In this document: in pieces, positions 14,201-29,200 of the stretch
Numbering within the stretch: the stretch's first letter is position 1
Layout: each line of letters opens with the position of its first letter
Assembly: GCF_964355755.1 (NCBI RefSeq)
Contig: NC_092679.1
Coordinates: 1,394,201-1,458,200 of the forward strand
Length of the DNA stretch: 64,000 nucleotides
DNA from: Antedon mediterranea
Lineage: Eukaryota > Animalia > Echinodermata
Direction of reading: 5' to 3'
The notes under the pieces: model-generated
Database searches by the model: none
Told to the model about the DNA's origin: nothing
Seen by the model: only the letters and a program-made list of their open reading frames with translations
Made by a program: the position numbers and the translations under genes

Positions 14201-17200
14201 TGTATGATCAGTATACTTGGGCTCGAATCTAACCCCTAGCCATCAGCGCAACCTCAGTGGTTGGTGATGGCTAGTGATCTTGAGGTCATGGGTTCGAGAC
14301 TGAGAATTGAGAATTACTATTCTCAATGTACTTTAATAGTATAAAGTACAAATTACATACGAGTAGGGAAAAACATCTGACCAATGATATTATTTATGGA
14401 TTACTTTATTGTTGCTTACCAGTTGGTAATTCCTGAGCTACTAGCCTAGCTGATGCTACAGATACAGCAGGATCAGCTATGCTCATCAACATGTTCTTGA
14501 TGCCTTGCAGTGTCCTCATGTCCAGCTTCCTTGTCTTACTGCTGGATGCATTCTCTTTGTGTTTCTTCAAAACGTTGTGTATTGCGTTTACGTACAGCAC
14601 ATCCCTGTTAAGCTAGAATCATTTAACATGTTTCTATTAAATTGTTCTTAAAACCAAACCAAGTTAGAAAACTATTTATTTACTTGACTACTATATTACT
14701 TAAGCGTGGTTCCCACTAGTGATGAAACGCAGCGACGTATTGCATGATCACAAGTTGGACGCAGACGGGGGCAAACAAAATTATTGGAAGGGCACTTTCT
14801 TAGGTTGCGTTACGTTGCATCGCTAGTGGGAACCATGCTTTATTAGGATTATTGTGGACCAAAGCCTGAAATAGGTAATCCTAGAAAACCAAAGGTTTGT
14901 AACAGTATCTTGTTGGGTACCATATCAAAAAGTTAGCGTGCTCAATACTTAAGTAGTACTTACATTTAACAGTTCAGAAATTGGTATAAGGTTATCAACT
15001 GATTCCTCATTTAATTCAGGAGCTAAAAAGAGAAATTATAGTAGATTCAAGATTCAAGACATTTTATTGGTCCACTTAAAAATGGAAATTTGTTTCTAAG
15101 GTACTAAAGTTTAGGAATAATGTCAGTCAAGTTTGAAGAATCTATGATCGAACCCAGTCTCTGTGGATTACAAGCATAGCATTCTAACCCACCATAGTAC
15201 CACTACTTACATAATATTTTCCACTGACCACCGCAGACGAGTGGATGATATGGCAGACGCTCCGATGACAGTGGTGATAAACTCTCAGCAGTTACAACCA
15301 ACTGGAGAGATAAACATAAAATCACTGGCTTTACAAAGGGGGAAAAACTAAAAGAATGGAAAAACCAAAAGGGTGGAAAAACCAAAAGGATGTTTTAAAG
15401 CATTTCTGCTTTTGGGAAAATTAACTTTATAAAGTAATGGACGCACACAATGTGTAAAATTATTGTTCATTTTAAACCATTTTATGATTTAATTGTACTT
15501 AAGTTATTAATGAGAAATTACAAAGTAATTAAAAAGTATAGTAAACAATTTTGCTAATGTATAAATATTACGATGTATATGAATTCACCTTATCTTCTTC
15601 CGTTCTACACTGAAATTGAACTTCAAATGGACCAGGCGGCTCACATCTGGTATACATCACAAGGTAGTTAAGTAGGTCTAGACCCTAAACATGAAGAAGT
15701 GAATTATAAATGACATTTATAATAGTATGGTCCAGAGTCACATGTTGCCTGGGTTAAGTGTTGCCTGGATTAAGTGTTGCCTGGATTAAGTGTTGCCTGG
15801 GTGACGTGTTGCCTGGGTGACGTTTTGTCTTTGATGATTTTGAGTGAAATAGTTTTAAAATGCAAAATATAACTTTTTAGTATTTTTAAATATCTAATGA
15901 ATGAGTATAATATTTTCCCTACCAGCTGTGCTTTTGCCATTTTGGAGGAATCCTCTACGCTGAAAATAAGGATAATACGCAACACAAACGTCAAGCGAGT
16001 GTAATCGTAAGAATTAACCTATGAAAAGATAAAGATAGTAAATATGAGTAACGTGGCTTAGCAGGAAACATAAACTTACGCTCTGTCTACACTATCAAAC
16101 TTTATGTGAAAAAAATGTTATGTGCCCATATATGGACATGATGATGTCATATCACTACCATATTTGGGTTTGATAAGCAAGAATGAGAAAACCCAACTTT
16201 TCAAATAGAGTAGAATCTCACTTTCCGGACACCTCTAATTAAGGAGAACTTTCCTGTTAAACAAACAAGGGGTATTATTTTCTGAGGGGGTCCCTTTAGT
16301 AGAGGTTCTACTGTGTAAGTAGCAATTACAAGTAATACTGACATTATCATACAAACCTTATCTAGAATTTTAAAGAGTTTAGTGGCAAGCAGACTATGAT
16401 TGCCGATCTCCATAGTGAGGTTAGCCACGAGAACATTATCAAATGGTTTGGATGACGAGGAGGAGGACGGTGCCAACAAAACTGCCTCAAGATACATTAA
16501 CAACGCATCGTCTTTGTCTAAATTAAAGTCACTACAAAAAAATAAAATGTTCTTATTGTTTGAAGGTTTGCATGGTGAAATCGAATGTTGATTAAAGTTT
16601 GCAGTACACCACATGTATACATAGTTCTATAATAATAATATAATATTAACATCTTTATTTGAAAAGAACTGTTGAGTTTCTCAACTTTACGATAATATAC
16701 TTTGAATGCAGAAAGTCAAGGAAACTGGGAATATAAGTAAAATTGGGTGGGACTGTGAAAGCTAAAACAATAGCAAGGTTCACAGTGGGAGGGATTGAAA
16801 TGTTTATCAAATAAATAAAATCTCGCCATAAACCTTACCTACAGAACTCTTTAATCATATCGATACCAACAGCAGGATTATCAATAAGCAGTGGTAGCAC
16901 CTGTAGTTTGTCCGATATCTCCTTGCTCATAAAAGCCTCTTTAAACGGGATCTGGGAAATTGTAAAAGACCCAGTGATCATTAAATCAGTACACAAACTT
17001 GACTGTCTTGAATATTAATGAGTACATATAAATACCAAATATTTTGAAAATAATTATGTGTACCATTTTAAGTACATTTATACATTACATAACAGTTGTA
17101 AAAATGAAAGCTGTCAATACCATACCTTAAATTTGCCTAGTCTGTATCCCCAGGAGGCGTTCACCTCAAGTTCTTGACAAAGTGCTAACACTTTGGTCTC

Positions 17201-20200
17201 GTCACAGTACCTTGCATACTCGCACCCAACAGATGCAATACGCTGAAATAAAACATTTTAATAAATACTTCAATTCTGTATGCAATTAAAACATTTTTAA
17301 TTGCAGTATTGAATGATAAGAGACTTAGCTGAAATGAAGTATATTTGGACATTTTATACTTTTTCTCACTAAATTAATATTTACTTTTACATACCATAAC
17401 TTTCTTGTAGCTATGTCCAGCATTGGTCGTCAAAGACTTCAACTTTGTAAGAGCAATCTGCTTTGTAAGAACCGTTAGACAACCAAGTGCTAAATGTACA
17501 TCAACATAGCGACAACCAAACATCTGAAATTAATACAAAATACTATTTATCATTTATCCAATCTAACCATTTAGTGCCCAAATAAGGTAGTGGTAAGCCC
17601 AAACATGGTAGTGATATGACATCATTATGTCCATATATGTGCACATCACATTCTTGTTGTCACATAAAGTTTGCAAGTTGGATGTAGATAAGCTTTCTGT
17701 AAACCTGCATTTCTTCTACACTGCTTCATGTGTTCAAGATCTACCTTACCTTTTCCAGAAGTGTGGACACAACACTAGATACCATTTGCAGGCCTGTAGC
17801 TGCCACCTGCATCACAGTCTTCTTCTCACTGTCAATACATGCCAACAAAGCCTATATGAAAGAAATAGTAATTCAGTATTAATTCAGGCTAAACATGGGC
17901 CAGAATATGTTCACAGCCACACACATATATGCATGCATCATAACTAATTAATGATTGAAGTGTCGTTGGCTAAAACAACTTAAAGCTATATGTACTACTT
18001 CTTTTTACATAATTTGTCCTCAATTGAGGATTTGGCCCTCTACGGCACCCCTGCCCCTGACTACTTAACTAGACTAAACTTTCTTAAAATGGTCACAGTA
18101 CTGGATGGTCACAGGTTGTAATATTGAATACCTGATCGGTGGTTTGGTAGCCACTTGTATTGACAGCTATGTGCATAACAGCAGACATGAGTAACTCATT
18201 AAGAACATGGAACGCCATTTCAAACATGTTGTTCTCCATTAAATGATCCACAAGATTCATAGAAGCACTGTTTAGTTTGACCATTCCTTGTTCGTCATCA
18301 CATTCTTCAAATTTAATTTAATATAATATTTTTTATTTTCTTTCGCTGTGAAGTATTATACATTTTACTTTACTATGTACAGTGCAGTTACTCACAAATT
18401 ATTACTACAGTCAACTCACCCAATACCAGACACTTTTAGGCCGACTAAATATGCCTGGATTTCCAAAAAGTCTGGTATTCGAAATGTGCTTTTAATGGTA
18501 AATAGGAATTTGGGACCTTTTGGATTTCGAGAAAAGTCTGGTTTTGGGGGAGTTTTTCCGGTTTTCAGAGAGTCTAGTATTGAGAGAGTTAACTGTACTA
18601 AATTCATCACTAAACTTTTTAATACCACACTATTCTTGCAGTTGGATTTATTACTACAGGTATAATCACTGACAACAAATACATGACAAACTCCTTGACT
18701 ATTTTTCTATTTAAAATTTTGTAAAGAATAAAAAAAATATTTTTTAAAAAAGTAATAAATTTACCCTGGATTGCAGAATATACAAAAGAAGACTGTTGGT
18801 AAGTGTGTAAATTATGGAGGATTCTGGGAAGGGACGACATCGTGAGTTGGTTTGTAAGCGGTACAGCGACAACAGCATCAAGAACAAGCCTATCTTCTTT
18901 GAAATGTGTACTGTAGGACCAATGTGAGTAAGGGTCTGTCTTCATTGAGCCAGACAATTCCTACATAAAAAATGTAAACCATACATTACTATGATGTCTG
19001 AGTGCATGTACAGCTCTGTCTACAGTATCAAACTTTATGTGACAAAAAATGTGATGTGCCTACAGTATATATGGATATGATAATGTCATATCACTACCAT
19101 ATTTGGGCACATCAAAGTTTTTTTGTCAAAGTAGTTTGATAGTGTAGACAGAGCTTTACTGTGAGACAGTGGCATTGATCTACTGAGATTCATAGATTTG
19201 AACCACAAACCAGTTTGAAGTGTGGACAGAGCTTAATAACCGTTTTCATGTGTAAAACAACTGTATAGGGATTATATCTATCAAAATAAATGTGTTGTAA
19301 AGCTCTGTCTACAATATCAAACATGTTTTAGAAAAAAAAGTGTGATGTGCTCAAATATGGTAGTGACATTCCTAAATATTAATATGGTAGTGATATTCCC
19401 AAATATGGTAGTGATATGACATCAGACTTTAGAATAAATTTATATTTTTCAAACCTGCATAGATACTCCATACTGTCCATGTTCACATTGCTCATAAACC
19501 TCCTTAGCCAGAGACGTGTGTTTGCAAAGGATCAGACAATCTTGCAAAATATCTGAAATGATTTAAAACTATGGTTACTGCAGAAATAGACACACACGTG
19601 ATCACATCACATGATACAGCGCATTGAGAGCTTGCTTATAAAATGCACTATATAAGAACGAACTATTATTATAATGATGTTATACGATAAATCTTTGGCT
19701 TACCATCTTCGCAGAACGTGAGGGCGATACTTGCGAGTTTATTGATATCTACTGGCAAGTTTTTTGGAATTCCATTTTTTCCCGGACCAAATATAGCTTT
19801 GTGTTTGGTTGCTAACAGGTTGCAGAGGATGTGACATATAGTAAACAAGGATTTCGCTACTTTAGCATCACAACAATATTCAGATATTTCACTGTTGGGA
19901 AAAAATGTAGACTAATAATACAAACCAAATGGAAAAATATAGTATTTTAAATAATTTAACAAATAAGTAGTCTATAAAGCTCTGTCTACACTATCAGTGT
20001 AACTAGTTTGACAAAGTGTGATGTAGACAAATATGGTAGTGATATGCTTAAATATGGTAGTGATATGACATCATCATATCCATACAGTATATGGACACAT
20101 CACATAAAGTTTGAAAGTTCTGGTTTGAAAGTTCTGAAAAAATTGCCTACTGTACCTTGCAATGCGAATAGCAGACTCAATCTCACCACTTTCAGAAGCT

Positions 20201-23200
20201 TTGATTGCCATTTGACCTTTCAACTCCGACCTTGGGACTTGTACAAGATCACTCAACCTGTCATAACATATGTGGTTCAAAAAAATAAATTCAACATAGT
20301 TATTGTTAAAATATTAATATTCATACAGACAAGGTAGGATTGAAATGCATCGGGTTCATTCTGGCTTAGTTATTAACCCTCTAAGTTGGCGACATGGGCC
20401 CAATTAGTGCTAACTTTGGTGGAATTTAAACGCATCGGGTGCCCTCTAAGTTGGCGACATGGGCCCAATTAGTGCTAACTTTGGTGGAATTTAAACGCAT
20501 CGGGGGCCCTCTAAGTTGGCGACATGGGCCCAATTAGTGCTAACTTTGATAGAATTTAAACGCATCGGGGGCCCTCTAAGTTGGCGACATGGGCCCAATT
20601 AGTGCTAACTTTGGTGGAATTTAAACGCATCGGGGGCCCTCTAAGTTGGCGACATGGGCCCAATTAGTGCTAACTTTGGTGGAATTTAAACACATCGGGG
20701 GCCCTCTAAGTTGGCGACATGGGCCCAATTAGTGGTGGGTAGGTACAGTAACTAAGTTTGTACAAGGCATATGCAATATCTACAAAATGTTTTATTACCG
20801 TAGAATCTTATTAAAGTTCAGCTCATCTCCACTCGGTTCTTTCTCGCCTGCAAATTGACTCTAGCAAAAATAAAAATATTTGGAAATATAAATTAACCAA
20901 AAAAAATTATACCACACACACAAACTTTGAAGTCATAATGGTTTTTAATTTCTGTACTAAGTTGCAATATTAAGGCTAGAATTGTCATAAACATAGTATA
21001 TATTATCAACAGTAATACTACTACACACTCACCATTCTGAGTCCATTTACCGTTCTGTTTCCCGTGTAAAACTTGACCACATACTTGGTCAGAATACTGC
21101 TTCTCTTCTCTTTATTTTTATAGTTTTCCATCGAAATAAACTCTTGATATTCAACCTAATTGAAAACAATAAGCAGGTATAAATAATGAAACAGGTAGTA
21201 ATAAAAAAAAATATTTGATTACTAATTAGTAATAATTACAATAATACACCAGAACCTCTATTAAGGGGACACCTTCAGGACCCAACAAGTTCTTTAACGG
21301 GTATAGTACTAATCTATTATATTAATAGTCTGTCAGAAATAATATAACTAAATATCCAAAAGTAGGGCATAATTCTATTTTAGCTGTCAAAATGTAGATC
21401 ATACGCCCCTAGTTCTACCCCTATTACTACACCTGAATCTGCCCCTATCGCTACCAGGTGGACCGTCCCCTAGTGCTACATCTGGAGCTATCTCCTGAAC
21501 CTGTAATTTGACATGTATTACCTGTAAAGCCAACATCTTAACAAGATTCTTCACAACCTCTTTCAGATTCTCACGTTCCATAGGCTCAAGGTCAAAGGTC
21601 AAGGTATACTTGACAATTTCTATACAAGCCTCAGTCACAAGAACTTGTTCTCTTTTATCCTTAAAAAAAAACATTTATAAACTATAATGCAAAAGAAGTA
21701 ACTAATCAAACGGAATCTAATAATACATACGGCAAGCCGCAAGAATGCCGATACAATTTTGACAAACCTCCTCAACTAGCAAACACTCGTGCGGCCAGTC
21801 AAGACGTATCAACGTCCATGTTAACATTTTACAACAACAATGATACGCCATTTCTGAATCTAGACTCTTCAGCAGTGGAACCACTTCTTCAATCTAAAAA
21901 AAATTAATTATATATATAAAAAAGGCTAGTAAGAGATATCAAGATTGTCTTGTTACAGTGCTCGTGCCATTAAACACTATCGTAGATCAATGGTTAGACG
22001 CAAACTTACCCGATCATTTGTTACCAAGAAACGAAGTCGGAACATATACACAAAATCTTCTTTAATGTCATAGTAAGCTTTGACAACTTGAAGAGCGTCC
22101 TCTATGGATGATTCGGTGTCTTTCGACAAAATATATTTAATGGCATCCTAAATATTAAAAAATTAATAAATCTTTGTAATAGTACAATAATTGAAATTAT
22201 AATTGTCTGCTGGTGTTTAGTTTGAGAAGCAAGGATTCTTAAATACTGAATTGCTTTAAAAATTAATGTTCACCTCAGCATGTACGCATTTGTTAACATC
22301 AAACTTATTCAAACCATACTTGATCAACATTCCCTTAAGTTCCATTAAACGGTATTTCTCCTTTAATTGATTCACTCTAAAAGAAAAAAAAGTAACACCA
22401 ATTAACTTGGTTAACGCCAATTAACTTGGTTAACACCAATTAACCTAAATTAACACCAAATAACTTAAATTAACAACACTAGCAGTAAAGCGTGGTTCCC
22501 ACTAGCGACGCAAAACAAGGACGTAACACAACGCAACTGAATTGACCAATCACAAGCGATGGCTTATTCGCTTGTGATTGCTAACTGTCTATAACTTCGC
22601 TTGTCATTGGTTAAAACGCTTGCGTTGCGTTTACGTTCTTGCGTTACGTTCTAGTGGGAACCAAGCTTAACCCGTGCTCCGCACGGTCTTTTTCTGCCTT
22701 AGCATGGCCAAGTATAACAGTACACTCTGATAAAAGTACTTTGACAAATTATTAAAATAAAAACAAATTGTATCACGAATAACATTCGGAACTACTGTAT
22801 TACGGCTATTGGTTTGTTACACACTATTCCTTCACTTCAATATATGTAGGCTAAAAAATTAAAGCAATAGTACAGTGGATATGGAACTTTGACTTTTGAC
22901 TGGAAAATAAAAGACGCTAAAGAAAAATTGTTCTGTGTAAACTAGATGATGCGCGCAAACACATAGCGAAAGTATAAAAATGCCAAACTATATTATTTTG
23001 GGTGTTTTTCGTGGTGTATTAATTATTTGATACATAGAGATAAAAAAAAGTGGACAAAAATCGAATGAAAAATACATTGCCACGGAAATACGAATTAAGT
23101 TTATTCATTTACATTTTATATTATTCATGTCCATAAGCTATGTTAGAAATGAGCTAACAATTCACTACGTTTTCTGTCGAGCCGTCTGTGTAGTCGAGTG

Positions 23201-26200
23201 GATTAGGCTTTGGACTTTACATGTCGATGTATGGGGTTCGAATCGATGAGCAAGTTCTTTTTACTTAGTGAGAGAGAGATTATTTAGAGGGTTATATTTA
23301 GGAACTTAACTATCTTTCACATAACTTCTCTGTACGAAATAAAAAATCACTTCCCGGCCCCTGAAAAATTGTTTTTTTAAACAAACAAACTGTCAACAAT
23401 ACAATTCGGAACAACTTACGGCCATTGATTTTGTTATACACGGAGTATTCCTTTATTTTGAAATATCTGTAAGCTACAAAATGAAAACAATACTGGATTT
23501 GGGGTGCGCCTCATAAAGTGACAACGTGCATGAGTGGGACAGACTTCGGCAGAGATTAAAACATTTTAAAAATATGAATTGGTAAGTTTATCGAATTAAG
23601 ATGATAAATATTGGAATAATAACAATGATTCGCGGAAACACGACACTCATTTGGATTTGTTTTATTTGTGTGTTTTTTTTTTGTTCATTTACATTTTTTT
23701 TATGTGTATTTTTTTTTCTATTTTTTTTTGTGTATTTTTTCGTATCTTTTTTGCTAGTTTTGTAATTACATTACATTGTGGTTTAGTTTTGATTTTTACC
23801 TTTAACGGTGATATTTAATTATTACACATGTCGCGGAATGAACTCGAACCTACTAAGAATTGATATCAATGGTCACGGCGATTTGCTCACTGAGCCAAAC
23901 CGTGATTTACAAAATACATTCTGTTCCAAGGATAGGTGTAATTAATTAAAACTTCAACGGCGCGATCATTTTATGCGGTTGACTAAAGACTGTTTATTTA
24001 GCGGCCCTGCATGGTATTTGTAGATCCGGCCATGGCAGTACACAACAGAGGAGGTTGGGTAGTTTATACAGTGACATAACATGGTCGTTGAGACATCAAA
24101 TTACTGCTATTTTTTGCCTTTTTTTAGTGTTTATTCTTAAAATTCAGGAAAGCAACATAGCCTATCGTGTGCGGCCCCTCAATAAACATCAGTGTGCCAA
24201 ATGTGAGCACGTAATTTTAAGTGGTTTTGGAGGAGATACGTAAAATTACGCGAAAAATTTAGTAGCATTAATATATAGATGTTAACACCAATGACATGTT
24301 AACACAAATAACAACATGTTAACACAAATAACAACATGTTAACACAAATAACATGTTGTTATCGCAAACCAATATACAATTTTATCAATATACAACTGCA
24401 TTGTACTTACTTGGGATGTTGTAAAGTAAGGCCCACTTGAACCAGGTTGGTCATGGCATCATTCCATGGAAATGGTACGTTATTCATTAAAAGGAATATG
24501 GCAGTGCATTTACGCTAGTTTAAAAAAACAGCAATAAAACATTGTTTAAAGGTAATCTGTTATTTTCAAGAAAACTTGGTGCGTTGACCCGTAGCTTGAA
24601 GGTAAAGCATCAGAGCCAAAATGTGAAAAAACATGTACAAGTTAAAACCAAAAAGAGTGCATTATTAATATATGAATGGTTCAGAATTTATTTGTATTGC
24701 AAATTTTCCATTTACATTTGCACATGGCTCTGGGAAAAGTGCTTCTTAAATCGTAACAAGAAATGTACCATTTTGACGTTAATATGCCATAATACAGATG
24801 TATGGATTGCAAAATGCAAGTTTATCTAATACCTCAACATCGTTGATGCATTCAATGACAGCAATAGCCTTCTCAAGCCAAAGTGCTTCATATGAGTATG
24901 TAAACTGCATACCATATCGCTCAATCAGATCCTAACAAAGAAGAAAAACAGTGTTATAGTTTTTATGCATTTTACACCCAATCAATCTTATTGGAGGGAT
25001 AATCGTTTTCAGTACCTCAAGATATTACAATCAAATACTAATGAAAAACATGGTTATATTTCATTTTAGATGAATTGGACGAACCCTATTGGACGGACAG
25101 TAGCTGTTTTTCTTACCTCAATGTACTGCAACAGTATCTCATCTTCACACAGGTTGTTTTCTGTCATATACTGACGTACGACAGTATCAAGTACATGTTG
25201 TACAAGGTTGGCAGCCTTCACACGATCTAACATCCGATAGGTTAGGCTGCTTGTGGTCTCCTAAAAAAACATAATAAAATGATATAAAGATAATTAAATC
25301 ATAATTTTATGAACGTCATATCACTGACAGCGTTGGTGGGTGATGCAAATCTGTTTCAACTGTATACAGCTTGGTTGACACAATTGCCGTAACGCAATCA
25401 TCGCGTCAAGTCTAAGCTTAATGATTAATTACACTTTGATGATTTGTTATACAAAATACAACTGCAGTCAGGAGAAAAATCGAAAAATACTTCCTTCTTT
25501 CTAGGAGTTTTATGTGGTTAAGTTAACAGTCTATATTGACAACTCTGTGACCACAGTTCTGATTTAGCAATTTTTACCCCTAACTGACTGGCTTTCCTAA
25601 ACACAACAATTCATTTTCACCAGTACTGAATACACAAACCTTAACATAATCATGCAGTGTCAATTTACATCGGTACTTTGTGTGGAGTCGACACAAATCT
25701 CGCAGATTCTTAGCGAGTTCCTTCAAACGAGACAACGCTTCAACCGATACATTTTCACCCTAAAATTAAAAATAATAGCATTAATGTATTCTAAAACAAA
25801 ATAAACATTTAGTTATAAACAACACATTATCATTAAATGACCCTTACCTCCTTTTCTTTTAATGTTTTGGAAAATCCACCCAAAGATAAATTGCAGATCT
25901 AAACGAGAGAACAAAATTTAGTCAAGTCAAAACGCAAATTACTGAAAATAATACTGTGGCTATCAAATATCTGGATCTCAATTGAAAAAAATATAATGAG
26001 TAAAAAAGTCAAAACAGTACAGTAAAACAGCCAGAAATAATTTGCAGACCTTTCAGGTAGCACATGTTTTGGTTTAATTTTTACTTTGTTTTCAATTCAT
26101 GTTCGATAACTTTAGATTTAAAGAAATATCGTTTGATCAATTTTTTTTAATGAAAATGTCCCCTAATTAAAAAGATATTTTTGTGTTAAAACTACCTGTG

Positions 26201-29200
26201 TTGAAAACTGTGTAGCAGTGTATAAACCTCTTCCATCATCTATAAAACACCCATTCTGATTGGCTGAGAAAAACAGCTCTGCTACCTCCAATGCATTTGC
26301 TGGCCAACCAGCCTATCATAAAACAAAACTAATTTTAGTTGAAGACTAGTAGGCTAAACTACAGTAAGTAGTTATATGAAAAAATAATCATGACAAGGAT
26401 GTTAATATGTTCTCTATTATATGCCTATTTGATATACTGTAAATAAAACCTACTTTCTCAGAAATTTCCATATTAATAGCTTTTTCTTCAAGCCAATTTG
26501 CTATACATTTCTGAAAATAAGAAAAACATATAAACACTTCAAAAACAGAATTAGGCAAACTAATTGTTAAGTACATTTTTATTCAAAACCTTTTCTCTTC
26601 TCTTTTCAAATTTGGAATTTGTTGCAGAATCTATCATAAATCTTCATCTATCACAAATCTTTCCTATAACCATTACCGCTACACTTATACTCGCGACAAC
26701 ACTACTCGTACTCACAACAATACTACACTTATACCTACAAGACTACACTCGTACTCACAACAAGACTACACTTATACTCACAAGACTACACTCGTACTTA
26801 CAACAAGACTACACTCGTACTTACAACAAGACTACACTTACACTCACAAGACTATCTCATACTTACCTGGCCTTGTGGAAACTTGTAGAGAACAAAGGGA
26901 ACTAGGTCCTGGCGTAACCATGGTATGACTTCCGTTGAGGGCGTGTTCTCAGGAATTGAGAGCATCATGACGTTCAGCTGATCTTCATCTATTGTGTTTT
27001 CAAAATCAGACTAAAATGCAAATAGGTTAAATTATGATCATATTGTTATTGTGAACATAGCAAAACACAGTATACTTATTCTAATATATAATTTTTCCTA
27101 AATTTTCTTTATAATAAAAATATATAAATGATTGTACCTGGTGTCTAGCCCAAAGCTTAGCAGCAGATGAGATCTCAGCTTTACTTAGGTTTCTAATAAT
27201 AAGTTCAAAGATGTCTGCTTTTCTGAATCTGTCCCAGCTTACAGCACTGAATTAAAGAATAAAGAGCATTATGAGTAGTATACGGACGAGGTAATGTATT
27301 TCAAAATCAACTAACCGTATGAACAGTATTCTTTACTTTATAATAATTCAAAAAAGTACAACTTAAGCTCTGTCCACACTATAAAACTAGTGATATGCCA
27401 TCATCATGTCCATATATGAGCACATCACATTTTTTTGTCACATAAAGTTTGATAGACAAGGCTTTAGATTATTTGAAACTTTTTTTACCTGAAAGACTCA
27501 CTGCCATAAGCTATCTTGAATGTACAAAGACGATGCAATGCTTCTGTTAGCTGGTGGGAAAACACAATAAACTTACAGTTTGAATACAGTAAACTCAAAA
27601 TGTAAAAAGACAATACAACTCAGGTACTGTAATACTAGAGGGACAACTTACTTTTGTCATCAGCATTGGTTTTGAGGCATTTGTATCCTCTGAAGTTATG
27701 ATAGCTCCCTCTATTTTGTTAAGCTGTAAAGAGAGTCAATCTAACTTGTTATATTTATTATGAATTAGGTCTTGGAACAAACTGGTTTTTATTTGTGGAA
27801 AAAAAGAGAAATTTAACATGAGATTAAAATTTAATAACTGATTTACCCTGCATCTCGCACAATCCAAGAGATTATAGGTGGCGTCAAATGTTGGAAATGT
27901 TGCTTCTATGCATTGGCGTACAACAAAGGCCTCGTCTGGAATCTCAGCAAGGCAAGCTAAAAAGTCATTGTAAATATGCTGAGCCTCATCTTCATCAGGT
28001 GTCCCATTCCATGGTGCTACTTTATCAAGTAAACTGGTTGCTTTCACTTTCATAACAAGCTGTTTTTATAAAAATAAATATTTTATTCAAATGTTTATGT
28101 ATAATACAATACAAATTATGTTTAGGGGTGGAATGGGGAACATTTCTTGAGCTAAATATGTATGTTTAGTGAAAACGAAAAATCGCAAATGATTTACGCA
28201 TATCCGACGCGAACCTGTACTGGAGCTGGACCATAGCAGGTGTGAAATACCCTTTAGAATCAAATGGCAAAAAACTCAGGTATGTTATTATAACATGGCA
28301 ATCTAAAGTCTGTTTTCCTGTCGACATTATTCACGCTATCGTTGTTGATCAAACCGTTCAACGACAATCGTTTGAAAACGATCAAGTTGAAATGATAACG
28401 ATAGCGAGTACCTTTTCCTGTAAATCGTTAACATTTTAATGTTTACGTAGAAGATTGCCGATTATTGTTAACGATAGCGTCGAATAACATCGACAGGAAA
28501 ACAGGCTTAACAACAGGACACAGAGCTTGCCTAGGCAAGATTGGAACTTGTTATGTTTAGCTGGCATGGAACTGATCGTGTCACAGGCACAGATAAACCC
28601 TTTGATCTCCGGAGCTCAGCATTCTGTTGTTAGATTGCCTTGGTTATAATGATAGTTAACCAATCATTTTACAAAATACACTAACCTCAACATCAAGTTT
28701 AAAGAGCCTGGCAAATTTTTCTGCTTCATCGAACTTTTGTTTATGAAGCAAACGCTGAAACCTGGTTTCTGGCAATGCTTCAATCAAGCAACGAACTCTC
28801 AACGAGCTAACAGTTTTGGTCCCTTCACTGATGCCCTCTATCACAAAAATCATTTCCTGAAAAAAAGAAAAAAAAATTCTTGTTGTACATATGGAAAATG
28901 AAAATGGACTGCCCTTTCTAAAAAAAAAACAAGAAACACGTTTTTGTTACCTATTACTATTCGTCTATCAATTTATCGTATTTTAACTTCTAAATTTTAA
29001 CCACACTTTAAAACTGTAAGCTTTGTGCAACAATGTGTATGTATTCTGGATATATTAACTTTAGTTCACAATTTACATCTATCTGATTTTTTATCATACT
29101 AATATTTGCCAATCTTTAACAATAATTTCTATTGTTATTTTATTATGATAATGGACAAATAAACTTTTTCAGTATTCAGTATTAGGGAGCATGTCAAAAT

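Noticed and set aside
20377-20733. CRISPR-like regular array with 65-bp period
   Set aside because: Whole units are near-identical with no unique spacers, there are no cas genes and the context is a eukaryotic intron.
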